Shown piece by piece: positions 1 through 8,596 of a stretch of 64,000 nt of DNA; position 1 is the first letter of the stretch; every line of letters starts with the position of its first letter. This DNA comes from an uncultured Actinomycetes bacterium (GTDB taxonomy: Bacteria > Actinomycetota > Acidimicrobiia > IMCC26256 > PALSA-610). Position numbers and translations under genes: made by a program. The notes below the pieces were generated by a model, which searched no databases, was not told the DNA's origin, and saw only the letters and a list, made by a program, of their open reading frames with translations. Location of the stretch: positions 21,737-85,736 of the forward strand of contig CAVXFZ010000010.1 in assembly GCA_963761175.1 (NCBI GenBank), in the 5' to 3' direction.

Positions 1-202
1 CGTCCTCCGACGACACGATCTCGTCGCTGGCGCGCGAACGCGCGTCGATGCGTGCGGTCGTACGCGCGCCGAACCACGACGTCGCGCGCGCAGCGAGGAC
101 GGCGCCGCTCACGAGGATGACGATCTCGAGCCCGTTGGAGCGCGCCCAGCGGCTGACGTCGGTGAGCGTCGCGCCGACCAGGGTCACATCCGCGCCGAGC
201 AT
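1..202 (-). CDS. Partial CDS (N-terminus only, continues off the window): MscS-like mechanosensitive channel family membrane protein (tentative)
   Basis: My own reverse-strand translation from ATG 200-202 gives MLGADVTLVGATLTDVSRWARSNGLEIVILVSGAVLAARATSWFGARTTARIDARSRASDEIVSSED. This resembles N-termini of actinobacterial MscS-family proteins. It is absent from the ORF track because it is cut by the window edge, and I saw no clear SD. Confidence 0.35.
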   Translation of the reverse strand, partial: MLGADVTLVGATLTDVSRWARSNGLEIVILVSGAVLAARATSWFGARTTARIDARSRASDEIVSSED

Positions 203-254
203 CGAAGGATCGTACCGAGATCGGCGGACCCGGAAACGGTCCGCCCGGATCAGG

Positions 255-593
255 TCAGCGTGTCCCCGCTTCGCGCAACGCGGTGAGGCGGTCGTTCAGC
301 GCGTCGACCCCGTAACCCGCTTCGGGGTCGTGCAGCTTGCGCACCGGGACACGCGTGCCGTCGGTGAGGACGAGGGCGCCCGTCTCGGGCCGCAGGCTCT
401 TGAACGAGCCGCTGGGCTCCGTCGCGACGAACCGCTCGACCCGGGCGAGCGGGATCACCCGCGCGGCCTGGGGATAGTTGCGGATCTCGACGCCCGCGCT
501 CGAGACGCGCAGGGTGCTGAAACGCACGAACCCGAACGCCGCGACCCCGGCCGTGCCGATGAGGATTGCAGGGAACAGCAACAGCCAGCCCAC
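255..593 (-). CDS. Small membrane-anchored protein, bacterial PH-domain-like (hypothetical)
   Basis: 112-aa ORF. An N-terminal hydrophobic helix GWLLLFPAILIGTAGVAAFGFV is followed by a soluble region of about 85 aa with balanced composition, unlike the overlapping Arg/Pro-rich ORFs. The family assignment is from memory and weak. Confidence 0.5.
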   Translation of the reverse strand: MGWLLLFPAILIGTAGVAAFGFVRFSTLRVSSAGVEIRNYPQAARVIPLARVERFVATEPSGSFKSLRPETGALVLTDGTRVPVRKLHDPEAGYGVDALNDRLTALREAGTR

Positions 594-635
594 GCGATGC
601 CTCCTCGATGCCGACGGGTCGCGCCGCGCGGAACG

Positions 636-1955
636 CTAATGCTGCTGTTGGTACGCGGCGTACAGGAGGTTGTACATCTCCTGTGACGTCGCGTGGATCG
701 GCGGGACGTACCATCCGCCGACCTCGCTGATGCCGATCTCGAGATGGGGCCCGCTCGAGTTGCCCACGATGCCGCACCCGATGTGCGTGATCGGCTGGCC
801 TGCGTGCACGTGCGCGCCGACCGCCACGAGGTTCCCGAGCGTGTGGCCGTAGTAGACGAAGCGCCCGGCCAACGGCCCGGCGTCGATCTTCAGCACCGGC
901 GTGTCGGGCCCGAAGCCGTTGATGCCCTCCTGCACGATCGTTCCCGACGCGACGGCGACGAGCACCGCGGCGTCGCCGCAGCGGCTGGGCGACGGGGAGA
1001 TGTCGACGCCCGCGTCCTGCGTCCACCACGACGGCGGCGACACGATCGAGAGGTCCTGGTACGGAAACACGATGACGGCCGGGCCGGTGTAGCGGCGCGT
1101 CGCGGAACCGAAGAACGCGCCGTCGCCGAAGCCGATCACGTCGCCGTCGGCGCTGAACAACCAGTAGCCCTCGCCGCTCCCGGTGCTCGCCATGCCCGTC
1201 ACCGAAGACGGGCGCGGCGCGCCGCCGAGCGAGCCGTGGAACCGCGCGTCGCCGAAGCTGAACAGCCCGCCGTCGGTCGCGACGAACCAGTAGCCGTGCC
1301 CGCTCGGCGACACGGTCATTCCCACGATCGGTTTGTTGAGCTTCAAGCCGCCGGTCGAGCCGTAGAACGCCGCGTCGCCGAAGCTGAAGATGCCGCCGTC
1401 GGTCGCGACGAGCCAGTAGCCCTTGCCGCCCGGCGTGGGTGCCAGGCCGACGATCGGCTGGTTCAGCCTCATCGCGCCGGTCGAACCGTAGAACCGCGCG
1501 TCGCCGAAGCTGAAGATGCCGCCGTCGCTCGCGACGAGCCAGTAGCCCTTGCCGGTGACGGTCGCGGCCATGCCGACGATCGGGCGCGCGAGCGGCCGGC
1601 CGTGCATCGAGCCGTATGCGCTCGCGGCTCCGAAGGCGGCGACACTGCCGTCGGGCGACACCTCCCAGTAGCCGGTGCCGTCGGGCCGCGCCGCGAAGCC
1701 GAGCACCGGTCCGGTGATCGCGTCACCACCGTGACGGCCGAAGGTCTCGGCGTCACCGAAGCCGGTCACGGTGCCGTCGGTCGTGACGCCCCAGTAACCG
1801 TGGCCGCTCGGCGTCGCCGCGCCGGCAAGGTATGCGGCCGGCGAGGGCGGACCCGGCGGGCTCGCGCCGGCGGCCGCGGGGAGCGCCGCCACGAGCGCGA
1901 GGGCGGCGGCGAGCGCGACGAAGAGAGGGAACGAGCGGCGCATGCCCGTAGTCAA
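636..1955 (-). CDS. Secreted protein with six ~40-aa GYW...FGDA.FYGS repeats (beta-propeller-like) and a C-terminal M23/LytM-like peptidase domain
   Basis: 439-aa ORF with signal-like N-terminus MRRSFPLFVALAAALALVAALPAAAGA. It has six repeats such as GKGYWLVASDGGIFSFGDARFYGS. The C-terminus (GAHVHAGQPITHIGCGIVGNSSGPHLEIGI) resembles M23 peptidases. Confidence 0.75.
   Translation of the reverse strand: MTTGMRRSFPLFVALAAALALVAALPAAAGASPPGPPSPAAYLAGAATPSGHGYWGVTTDGTVTGFGDAETFGRHGGDAITGPVLGFAARPDGTGYWEVSPDGSVAAFGAASAYGSMHGRPLARPIVGMAATVTGKGYWLVASDGGIFSFGDARFYGSTGAMRLNQPIVGLAPTPGGKGYWLVATDGGIFSFGDAAFYGSTGGLKLNKPIVGMTVSPSGHGYWFVATDGGLFSFGDARFHGSLGGAPRPSSVTGMASTGSGEGYWLFSADGDVIGFGDGAFFGSATRRYTGPAVIVFPYQDLSIVSPPSWWTQDAGVDISPSPSRCGDAAVLVAVASGTIVQEGINGFGPDTPVLKIDAGPLAGRFVYYGHTLGNLVAVGAHVHAGQPITHIGCGIVGNSSGPHLEIGISEVGGWYVPPIHATSQEMYNLLYAAYQQQH
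1104..1805 (-). repeat. Tandem ~120-bp coding repeats (six units; the central three are highly similar at DNA level)
   Basis: Near-identical DNA blocks are visible, e.g. ccgaagctgaagatgccgccgtcggtcgcgacgagccagtagcccttgccgcc recurring at about 1260, 1380 and 1500. They correspond to protein residues 51-284. Confidence 0.7.
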
Positions 1956-2041
1956 CGACCGGACGGGCCGGCGAACTTGAGCGATTCCGGGAATTCGGCT
2001 CCGCGAACCTCGGGCCGGCGCGGCTGTTAGACACGCGAGCC

Positions 2042-3103
2042 ATGAGCGACGACGGCAGGATGCGAGCCTGGCGGACGCATGAATACGGGCGGCCGACCGA
2101 AGTGCTGAAGCTCGACTCGGTCCCGATCCCCGAACCCGAGGCCGGCGAGCTGCGCGTGCGCGTGCAGGCGATCCCGTTCAACCTGAACGACCTCGAGCGC
2201 ATCACCGGCGGCAACATGATGGTGCAGCCGGAGCTTCCGTACAGCCCGGGCATGGAAGTGATGGGCGTCGTCGACGCGTGCGGCGCCGGGACCGAGCAAT
2301 GGCAGGGTCAGCGCGTCGTCGCGATGCCGAAGGGCGCGAACGGTGGCTTCGCGCAGTACGCGATCTGCCCGGCGGTCTCGACGTTCGCGATGCCGGACAC
2401 GATCCCGCTCCCCGACGCCGCCGCGCTCTACTTCCCGTTCCATCTCGCGTGGCTCGGGCTGTTCGACCGCGCCGAGCTGCGCGCGGGCGAGTCGGTACTC
2501 GTGCACGCCGCCGCCGGTGGCTCGGGATCCGCCGCGATCCAGCTCGCGAAGCACGCCGGCGCGCGCGTGTTCGCGACCGCGGGCACCGACGAGAAGGTGC
2601 AGCTCTGCCGCGATCTGGGGGCCGACGTCGCGATCAACTACAACGACGCCGACTTCAAGACGATCGTGCTCGCCGAGACCGCGAGCCGCGGTGTCGAGGT
2701 CGTCTTCGACAATGTCGGTGAAGCCGTGATGGAGGCCTCGATGGCCTGCACGGCGTACAACGGCCGGTACGTGATGATGGGTTTCGCGTCGAACAAGGTC
2801 GTCGCCGACGAACCGTTCATCGTTCCCCGCCGGGTGATGCTCGGGAACCTCAAGCTCTGCGGCGTTCTGATGGCGTACGCCGAGCCCGCGATGGCCGAGT
2901 TCCTGAAGACCGGCATGGGCTGGAACTTCGCGCCCGCCGAGCTCGGCGCGCGCATCATGCACGAAGTCGTCGAGCTCGTCGCGGCCGGTGCGGTCCGAGC
3001 GGTGGTCGGCCGGACCATCACCTTCGACGAGATCCCCGTCGCGATCGAGGCGCTGGCCAACCGTGAGACGGTCGGCCGCACCGTCGTGCTCCTCGACCAG
3101 TAA
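2042..3103 (+). CDS. NADPH:quinone oxidoreductase / zinc-type alcohol dehydrogenase-like protein (MDR superfamily)
   Basis: 353-aa ORF with GELRVRVQAIPFNLND and a Rossmann segment VLVHAAAGGSGSAAIQLAK, typical of quinone oxidoreductase-like MDR proteins. The start could instead be the internal Met at 2060. Confidence 0.8.
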   Translation: MSDDGRMRAWRTHEYGRPTEVLKLDSVPIPEPEAGELRVRVQAIPFNLNDLERITGGNMMVQPELPYSPGMEVMGVVDACGAGTEQWQGQRVVAMPKGANGGFAQYAICPAVSTFAMPDTIPLPDAAALYFPFHLAWLGLFDRAELRAGESVLVHAAAGGSGSAAIQLAKHAGARVFATAGTDEKVQLCRDLGADVAINYNDADFKTIVLAETASRGVEVVFDNVGEAVMEASMACTAYNGRYVMMGFASNKVVADEPFIVPRRVMLGNLKLCGVLMAYAEPAMAEFLKTGMGWNFAPAELGARIMHEVVELVAAGAVRAVVGRTITFDEIPVAIEALANRETVGRTVVLLDQ

Positions 3104-3324
3104 GCCGCACGCGCTCGCGTGTGTCCTCACTGCCCACATGGGCCACATCGGCACCCTCAGCCTCGGCAGGCGCCTCGACGGCGAGCATCTGGGTGACGCG
3201 ACGGAAGACAACCGGTTGACCACGCTGGGCGCGAGAACCCCGCATGTTCTAGCCTTCTCAACCGCAGAGCGGGGCGGGCTCTCATCGGCTTGTCACGTGA
3301 TCGTTCAACAGGGAGGTGGCGCAC

Positions 3325-5550
3325 GTGACCGTGCCCTCGAATCGTCTCTCCGCACGCGCCGGGCGGCGGGTGTTCTCCGCGTGGGTGCTCGCGCTCGTCG
3401 GCGCGCTCGTCGCGGCGCTCGCGGGGCCGATCAGCTCGAGCGCGGCCGACACGGGCGCGACACCCGCGGCGGGCATCCAACCGCCCTCCGGCTTCGCGAT
3501 CCAGACCGTTCAGTCGGGCCTCGACGCCGGTCCCGGCGGCAAGCCGACGCAGTTCGCCTACGCCCCCGACGGCCGCATCTTCGTCGCGCGCAAGACCGGC
3601 ATCCTCAACGTGTGGGACAACGGCGTGCAGCACATCTACGCCGACCTGCGCACCGAGGTGAACAGCTACCAGTCGCGCGGCTTCATCGGCATGGCCCTCG
3701 ACCCGAACTACGCGGCGAACGGCCGGGTCTACCTCCTCTTCACCCAGGAGCTCGACACCGCGAATCCCGACTCGCCCGAGCCTGCAGGCGGTGAGCTCAT
3801 CAGCCTCACCCACGCGGCGGGCGACCCCGACAGCGCCGATCCGGCGAGCCGCATCACCCTCATGACCGGCTTCGACTCGCAGGCAACGCTGCACTCGGTC
3901 GCGGGGCTGCGCTTCGGAAATGACGGGTCGCTCTTCGTCGGGCTCGGCGACGGCAACGGCAACGGTGTCGGCGCGGGCACGTCGATCAAGGCCCAGGACC
4001 TCACGCAGCTCAACGGCAAGATCCTGCGGATCGACAAGACGACGGGCAACGGCGTCCCGAGCAACCCGTACTACAACGCGAACAACCCCGGCTCGGTGAA
4101 GTCGCGGGTCTTCGCATGGGGCTTCCGCAACCCGTTCCGCTTCACCGTCGACCCGAGCAACGGAACGCTCTACGTCGGCGACGTCGGCTGGAACACGTGG
4201 GAGATGTTCCAGGTGTTCCCACTCACGACGAACAACCCGCAGGTCGACCGCAACGCCGGCTGGCCGTGCTACGAGGGCGGCGACGGGGTGTCGCTCGTGC
4301 AGCCCGACTATGCGTCGTCGCCGCTCACCAGCGCGACGTGCCATGCGATCTACACGCCGTCCGAAGGCGGCACCGGACCCGGCGCCCTCGCGCCCCTCTA
4401 CGCGTATCTCCACAGCGATCCGGGTGGCGACTACGGCTCCGCGATCGCGGGCGGGCCGCGCTACCTCGGCACGTCGAACTACCCCTCGTCGTACGTGGGC
4501 AAGGTGTTCATCGGCGACTACGCACGCTCGCGGCTCCAGACCGTCGACCTCACGACCGGTGACGCCACCGACTTCGGCACCGCCGGAACGTGGGCCAACC
4601 CCGTCGACCTCCAGATCGCGCCCGACGGCAACGTCGCGTTCCTCGCCTTCACCCTCGGCGAGCTCGACGAGATCGTCGCGACCGGATCGAACAATCCGCC
4701 GGTCGCGGCGGCCGCCGGCGACGTGACGACGACGACGGACCCAACGCTCACGGTGCACTTCTCGAGCGCGGGTTCGTCCGATCCCGACGGCGACCCGATC
4801 ACCTACGCGTGGGACTTCGGCGACGGGGGCACCTCGACCGCGACGAACCCGACGCACACCTATGCCAAGGGCGTCTTCCAAGCGGTCCTCACGGTGACCG
4901 ACTCGCACGGGGCCAAGGGCACCGCGAAGCTCCAGATCGCGGTCGGCGTCAAGGCGCCCGTCGTGAAGATCTTCTCGCCGAAGGGCACGTTCCACTGGAA
5001 GATCGGCGACAACATCCCCATCGTCATCAAGGCCAAGGACCCGCTCGACGGGAAGCTCGCGGGCAGCAGCGTCTCGACCGAAGTCACGTACTGGACCGGC
5101 GGCCACGTGTTCCCGGTCACCGAGTTCGTCGGCACGAGCGGCTCGTTCGTCGCCGCCGACAACGGCTTCGTCAACGCCTTCTACCGGATCACCACGACCG
5201 GCACGAACTCGAGCGGCCTGTCGACGGTCGTGACGCGCGACCTCAAACCGCAGACGGTGCGGATCACCGTGACGTCGAAGCCGGTCGGGTTGACGGTCAC
5301 CGTCGACGGAATCGCACGCACGACGCCCTACCGGTTCCAGACGATCGTCGGCAGCGACCGCGAGGTCGTGGCGCCCGCGACCGCGACGAACGCGAAGGGC
5401 AAGCCGCTCGCCTTCGAGAGCTGGACCGTCGGCGCCGCGGCTCCCTCCACCGACACGTTCGCGCACTACACCGCGCCGACCGACGCGATCTCGGTCGTCG
5501 CGAAGTACAGCGTGGTGCACGCAACGGCCGTCACCCGAACGCGCTTCTGA
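3325..5550 (+). CDS. Secreted PQQ-dependent sugar (glucose/sorbosone) dehydrogenase-like beta-propeller protein with PKD domain
   Basis: GGGAGG at 3311-3316 with GTG at 3325, and a signal-like VFSAWVLALVGALVAALAGPISSSAA. The propeller region has FAYAPDGRIFVARKTGILNVWDNG and FAWGFRNPFRFTVDP. The PKD-like segment is SSDPDGDPITYAWDFGDGGTSTATNPTHTYAKGVFQAVLTVTDSHGA. Confidence 0.8.
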   Translation: MTVPSNRLSARAGRRVFSAWVLALVGALVAALAGPISSSAADTGATPAAGIQPPSGFAIQTVQSGLDAGPGGKPTQFAYAPDGRIFVARKTGILNVWDNGVQHIYADLRTEVNSYQSRGFIGMALDPNYAANGRVYLLFTQELDTANPDSPEPAGGELISLTHAAGDPDSADPASRITLMTGFDSQATLHSVAGLRFGNDGSLFVGLGDGNGNGVGAGTSIKAQDLTQLNGKILRIDKTTGNGVPSNPYYNANNPGSVKSRVFAWGFRNPFRFTVDPSNGTLYVGDVGWNTWEMFQVFPLTTNNPQVDRNAGWPCYEGGDGVSLVQPDYASSPLTSATCHAIYTPSEGGTGPGALAPLYAYLHSDPGGDYGSAIAGGPRYLGTSNYPSSYVGKVFIGDYARSRLQTVDLTTGDATDFGTAGTWANPVDLQIAPDGNVAFLAFTLGELDEIVATGSNNPPVAAAAGDVTTTTDPTLTVHFSSAGSSDPDGDPITYAWDFGDGGTSTATNPTHTYAKGVFQAVLTVTDSHGAKGTAKLQIAVGVKAPVVKIFSPKGTFHWKIGDNIPIVIKAKDPLDGKLAGSSVSTEVTYWTGGHVFPVTEFVGTSGSFVAADNGFVNAFYRITTTGTNSSGLSTVVTRDLKPQTVRITVTSKPVGLTVTVDGIARTTPYRFQTIVGSDREVVAPATATNAKGKPLAFESWTVGAAAPSTDTFAHYTAPTDAISVVAKYSVVHATAVTRTRF

Positions 5551-5552
5551 CA

Positions 5553-5593
5553 CCGTCGCGGGCGGTGCGGCGTTTGCCCGCCGCCCGCGACGG
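5553..5593 (+). terminator. Strong GC hairpin immediately after the PQQ-dehydrogenase stop (intrinsic-terminator candidate, no U tract)
   Basis: There is a perfect 13-bp stem: ccgtcgcgggcgg (5553-5565) pairs with ccgcccgcgacgg (5581-5593) around a 15-nt loop. The hairpin starts 3 nt after TGA 5548-5550. Confidence 0.5.
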
Positions 5594-5835
5594 GAACCCC
5601 AAGAGGTGGTCGGCACGATCCGACACGCCGCGCAAACCGCGCGCCGTGATCGCGGAGGCCGTCGCCGATCTCGAACAGGACGTGATCGCGACGGCAACAA
5701 CTCGTGCGGCGTGCACTCGCTCGCGGCGCGTTTCCTCGGTGACAGGAGCCGAACCTCCGACACCACGCGCGTTGACACCTTGCGACACGAGCATGAACGG
5801 GTGAGGACGGCGCGCGAGATGGGTACAACCCGATC

Positions 5836-6846
5836 ATGGACACACCGCGTATTGCCGTCGTCACCGGCGCCTCGGCCGGGGTAGGTCGGGCCACCGCCGT
5901 GGCGCTCGCCGCGCACGGCTTCGACGTCGCGCTGATCGCGCGCGGGCAAGGAGGCCTCGAGGCGGCGGCCAAGGAGGTCGAGAGCGCCGGCCGGCGCGCG
6001 CTCGTCTGCCCCCTCGACGTCGCCGATCACGACGCCGTCGACGCGGCCGCGACGCGTATCGAGTCGGAGCTCGGCCCGATCGCGGTGTGGGTGAACGACG
6101 CGATGACGACGGTGTTCTCACCCTTCTCCGAGATCGAGCCCGCCGACTTCACGCGCGCGCTGGAGGTCACGTTCCTCGGTCAGGTGTGGGGTACGAGAGC
6201 CGCGCTGGCCCGTATGCGCGAGCGCGACGCGGGCACGATCGTCAACGTCGGGTCCGCACTCGCCTTCATCGGCATCCCGCTCCAGTCGCCCTACTGCGCG
6301 TCGAAGTTCGCGTGCCGCGGGTTCTTCGAGTCGGTGCGCGCGGAGTTGATCCACGAGGGCAGCAACATCCGCCTGTGCATGGTTCACCTCCCGGCGGTGA
6401 ACACCCCGCAATTCGACTGGGGCAAGACCAACATGGCGAAGCGGGCGATGCCCGTCCCCCCGATCTACCAACCCGAGGTTCCGGCCGCGGCGATCGTGCG
6501 CGCGGTCCTGACGGGGCGCCGATCGAAGGTCCTGGGCGCCTGGAACAAGATCCTCGCGGCGGCGGCCAGCGTCGCGCCGGCGCTCGGCAACCAGTACGCC
6601 GCGATCGGCGCGTGGGATGCACAGCTCACCGACGAGCCTGTACCGCCCGGCGATCCGGTGAACCTCGACCACCCCGTCGATCGCGACGCCGATTTCGGCG
6701 CGCACGGTCGGTTCGACCACCGAGCCGGGGGCTTCGCGGACCCGTCGTTCCTGAAGTCGTTGCCCCGAACGGCGAAGACCTTCGCGCGCGCCACCGCGAA
6801 CACTGTGCGCGAGAAGGCGCGCGAGCGAAACGCATGGCTCGGCTGA
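5836..6846 (+). CDS. SDR family oxidoreductase
   Basis: 336-aa ORF with the TGxxxGxG motif VVTGASAGVGRA, an NDA-like segment VWVNDAM, and the catalytic YxxxK in SPYCASKFA. Confidence 0.8.
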   Translation: MDTPRIAVVTGASAGVGRATAVALAAHGFDVALIARGQGGLEAAAKEVESAGRRALVCPLDVADHDAVDAAATRIESELGPIAVWVNDAMTTVFSPFSEIEPADFTRALEVTFLGQVWGTRAALARMRERDAGTIVNVGSALAFIGIPLQSPYCASKFACRGFFESVRAELIHEGSNIRLCMVHLPAVNTPQFDWGKTNMAKRAMPVPPIYQPEVPAAAIVRAVLTGRRSKVLGAWNKILAAAASVAPALGNQYAAIGAWDAQLTDEPVPPGDPVNLDHPVDRDADFGAHGRFDHRAGGFADPSFLKSLPRTAKTFARATANTVREKARERNAWLG

Positions 6847-7003
6847 CGGTCGACGCGATCGACTGGGACGCGATGGGTGCCGCGCTCCGCAACGCCGGTC
6901 GACCCGGAATCGGGATGATGGCGGTCGCGGCCGTCGACATCGCCCCGCAGGGAAGCGCCCGTCGGTGCTGGGCTGATGCTCGACGTGCACGGTGTTCCGG
7001 GCG

Positions 7004-7567
7004 TCACTCGAGACCGCGGCGCGGCGGGTCAGACGGGTCCGGCTCGGTGAAGACCGCCTCGGGCGGCAGCAACGCGTCGTCGACGCGTTCGGACGTACGC
7101 ACGACGGAGAACGCACCCCGCCCTTCCAGTACGGCGAACTCGACATCAGCGAGCGTTCCGACACCTTGCTCGCGCAATGCGGTGCGGAGGTCGTCGTGGG
7201 TGAGGTGGGCGCGCCGGAGCGCGCGATGGTCGATCTCACCGTGGCGGATCAGCACGACCGGGCGGTGATCGAGCAGCCGGCGTGCGACCGACGACCGCAC
7301 GCGCACCCAGCTCAGAAAGCCGTGCAGAACGAGAAGCGAGACGACGGCCGCGACGCCCTGCACGTACGACGGTGAACGGGCCGTCGCCGTCCGGCCGATG
7401 ATCGCGCCGAGCGCGACGGCCACCGCGAAGTCGTAGACGGTCATCTCCGCGAGCGTCCGCCGCTCGCCGAGACGGAGCCCGATCACGACCGAGAGGTAGA
7501 TGAGCCCGGCACTGGCCGCGACGTACCCCACGGTTCGCCACGCGCCGAAGAACCACGAGAACGTCAT
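7004..7567 (-). CDS. DUF421 (YetF-like) membrane protein
   Basis: The ORF 7004-7624 is trimmed to ATG 7567, which is preceded by GGGAAGGGAA. It has hydrophobic N-terminal helices and then the RRLLDHRPVVLIRHGEIDHRALRRAHLTHDDLRTALREQGV pattern typical of DUF421. Confidence 0.7.
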   Translation of the reverse strand: MTFSWFFGAWRTVGYVAASAGLIYLSVVIGLRLGERRTLAEMTVYDFAVAVALGAIIGRTATARSPSYVQGVAAVVSLLVLHGFLSWVRVRSSVARRLLDHRPVVLIRHGEIDHRALRRAHLTHDDLRTALREQGVGTLADVEFAVLEGRGAFSVVRTSERVDDALLPPEAVFTEPDPSDPPRRGLE

Positions 7568-7880
7568 ACCCGTTCCCTTCCCTGCCGGGTACCACTCCTC
7601 ACTCGCGTGGCCCTGGTGTTTCACTGGAGCAGCGGCCAGGGTCCAGGGTCCGCACGGTCCGAGTCCTGTTCTCTCTACCTCGAATGCGCACGCGAGAGCA
7701 GGAGAAAGCTGGAAGGTCGATGGCGACGGTCGTCGTTGGTACCCGCGGACGTGGGATCATGGGTGCCCTGGGGCACGAGCGCTCGTGGCGGTCGATCTAC
7801 GAGTGCGAGCCGCGAACCGATGAGGAGAGAGGCGCCTTCGATGGGAGCCGGCCTCGAGGCTGAACACTTCCGCCGTCACG

Positions 7881-8561
7881 TTGCGGGCCGCGCGACTGAC
7901 TGCGGACGACCCCGTCGCCGCCCTGTGTGTCGCGATCGCCGAGTCGCTCGGGTTGTCAGCGATCGGGATCCTGCTGACGACGACCGACGCGGTCCGGTGC
8001 ATCGGAGTGTCCAACGACGCGGCCGCCACGGTCGAGCAGGTCGAGAGCGACCTCGGAGAGGGTCCATGTGTCGACGCGAGCCGGAACAACCAACCGGTGC
8101 TGGCGCCCGACCTCGCCGACCCTGCCCTCCCCTGGCCCGGGTTCGCGCGCGGCGCAAACGCGGCCGGCATCAACGCCGCATTCGGTTTCCCGATGTCGGC
8201 GGGCGGGCGCTGCATCGGCGCCGTGAACCTCTACCGCGACCGCAGCGGACCCTTGAGCGACGACCAGTACGCGAACGCGCTCGTGGTCGCCCGGGTTGCC
8301 GCGAGCTGCGTGACGGAGTGGCAGGCGGCGGCCACGCCCGGCACCCTTGCGTGGCAGCTCGACGACGTGCGAAATCTCCGCGTCGCGGTGCACCAGGCGG
8401 CGGGCCGGGTCTCGATTCAGGCGAATGTAACCGTAAGGGATGCCCTCTCGATGCTGCGTGCCCACGCGTTCACGCGTGATCGTTCACTCGACGAGGTCGC
8501 CGCCGACGTCGCGACGGGTCGCTTGCGTTTCCACCATCCGGAAGGAGTCGATCCTGATTAG
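7881..8561 (+). CDS. GAF + ANTAR domain RNA-binding antiterminator-type regulator
   Basis: The GAF core has the hallmark LGEGPCVDA and GFPMSAGGRCIGAVNLYRDRSGPL. The C-terminal ANTAR-like segment is VHQAAGRVSIQANVTVRDALSMLRAHAFTRDRSLDEVAADV. The TTG start at 7881 is uncertain. Confidence 0.75.
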   Translation: MRAARLTADDPVAALCVAIAESLGLSAIGILLTTTDAVRCIGVSNDAAATVEQVESDLGEGPCVDASRNNQPVLAPDLADPALPWPGFARGANAAGINAAFGFPMSAGGRCIGAVNLYRDRSGPLSDDQYANALVVARVAASCVTEWQAAATPGTLAWQLDDVRNLRVAVHQAAGRVSIQANVTVRDALSMLRAHAFTRDRSLDEVAADVATGRLRFHHPEGVDPD

Positions 8562-8596
8562 CTTTGGCCTGCGACGCGTTGAAGAAGTGGTCCGCG

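Noticed and set aside
5740-5835. TTGACA hexamer upstream of the SDR gene as a -35 box
   Set aside because: No TANNNT-type -10 lies at a 16-18 nt spacing, so I cannot support a promoter call.
3157-6030. 957-aa minus-strand ORF
   Set aside because: It is antisense to the PQQ dehydrogenase and SDR genes. Its extreme Arg/Ala/Gly/Pro composition with no motifs is typical of a GC-driven shadow ORF.
6834-7003. Possible small gene in the 157-nt gap between the SDR and DUF421 genes (MARLTVDAIDWDAMGAAL...)
   Set aside because: It is part of a long Arg-rich off-frame ORF (6087-7268). It has no SD and no recognisable family, and it would collide with the convergent DUF421 gene.
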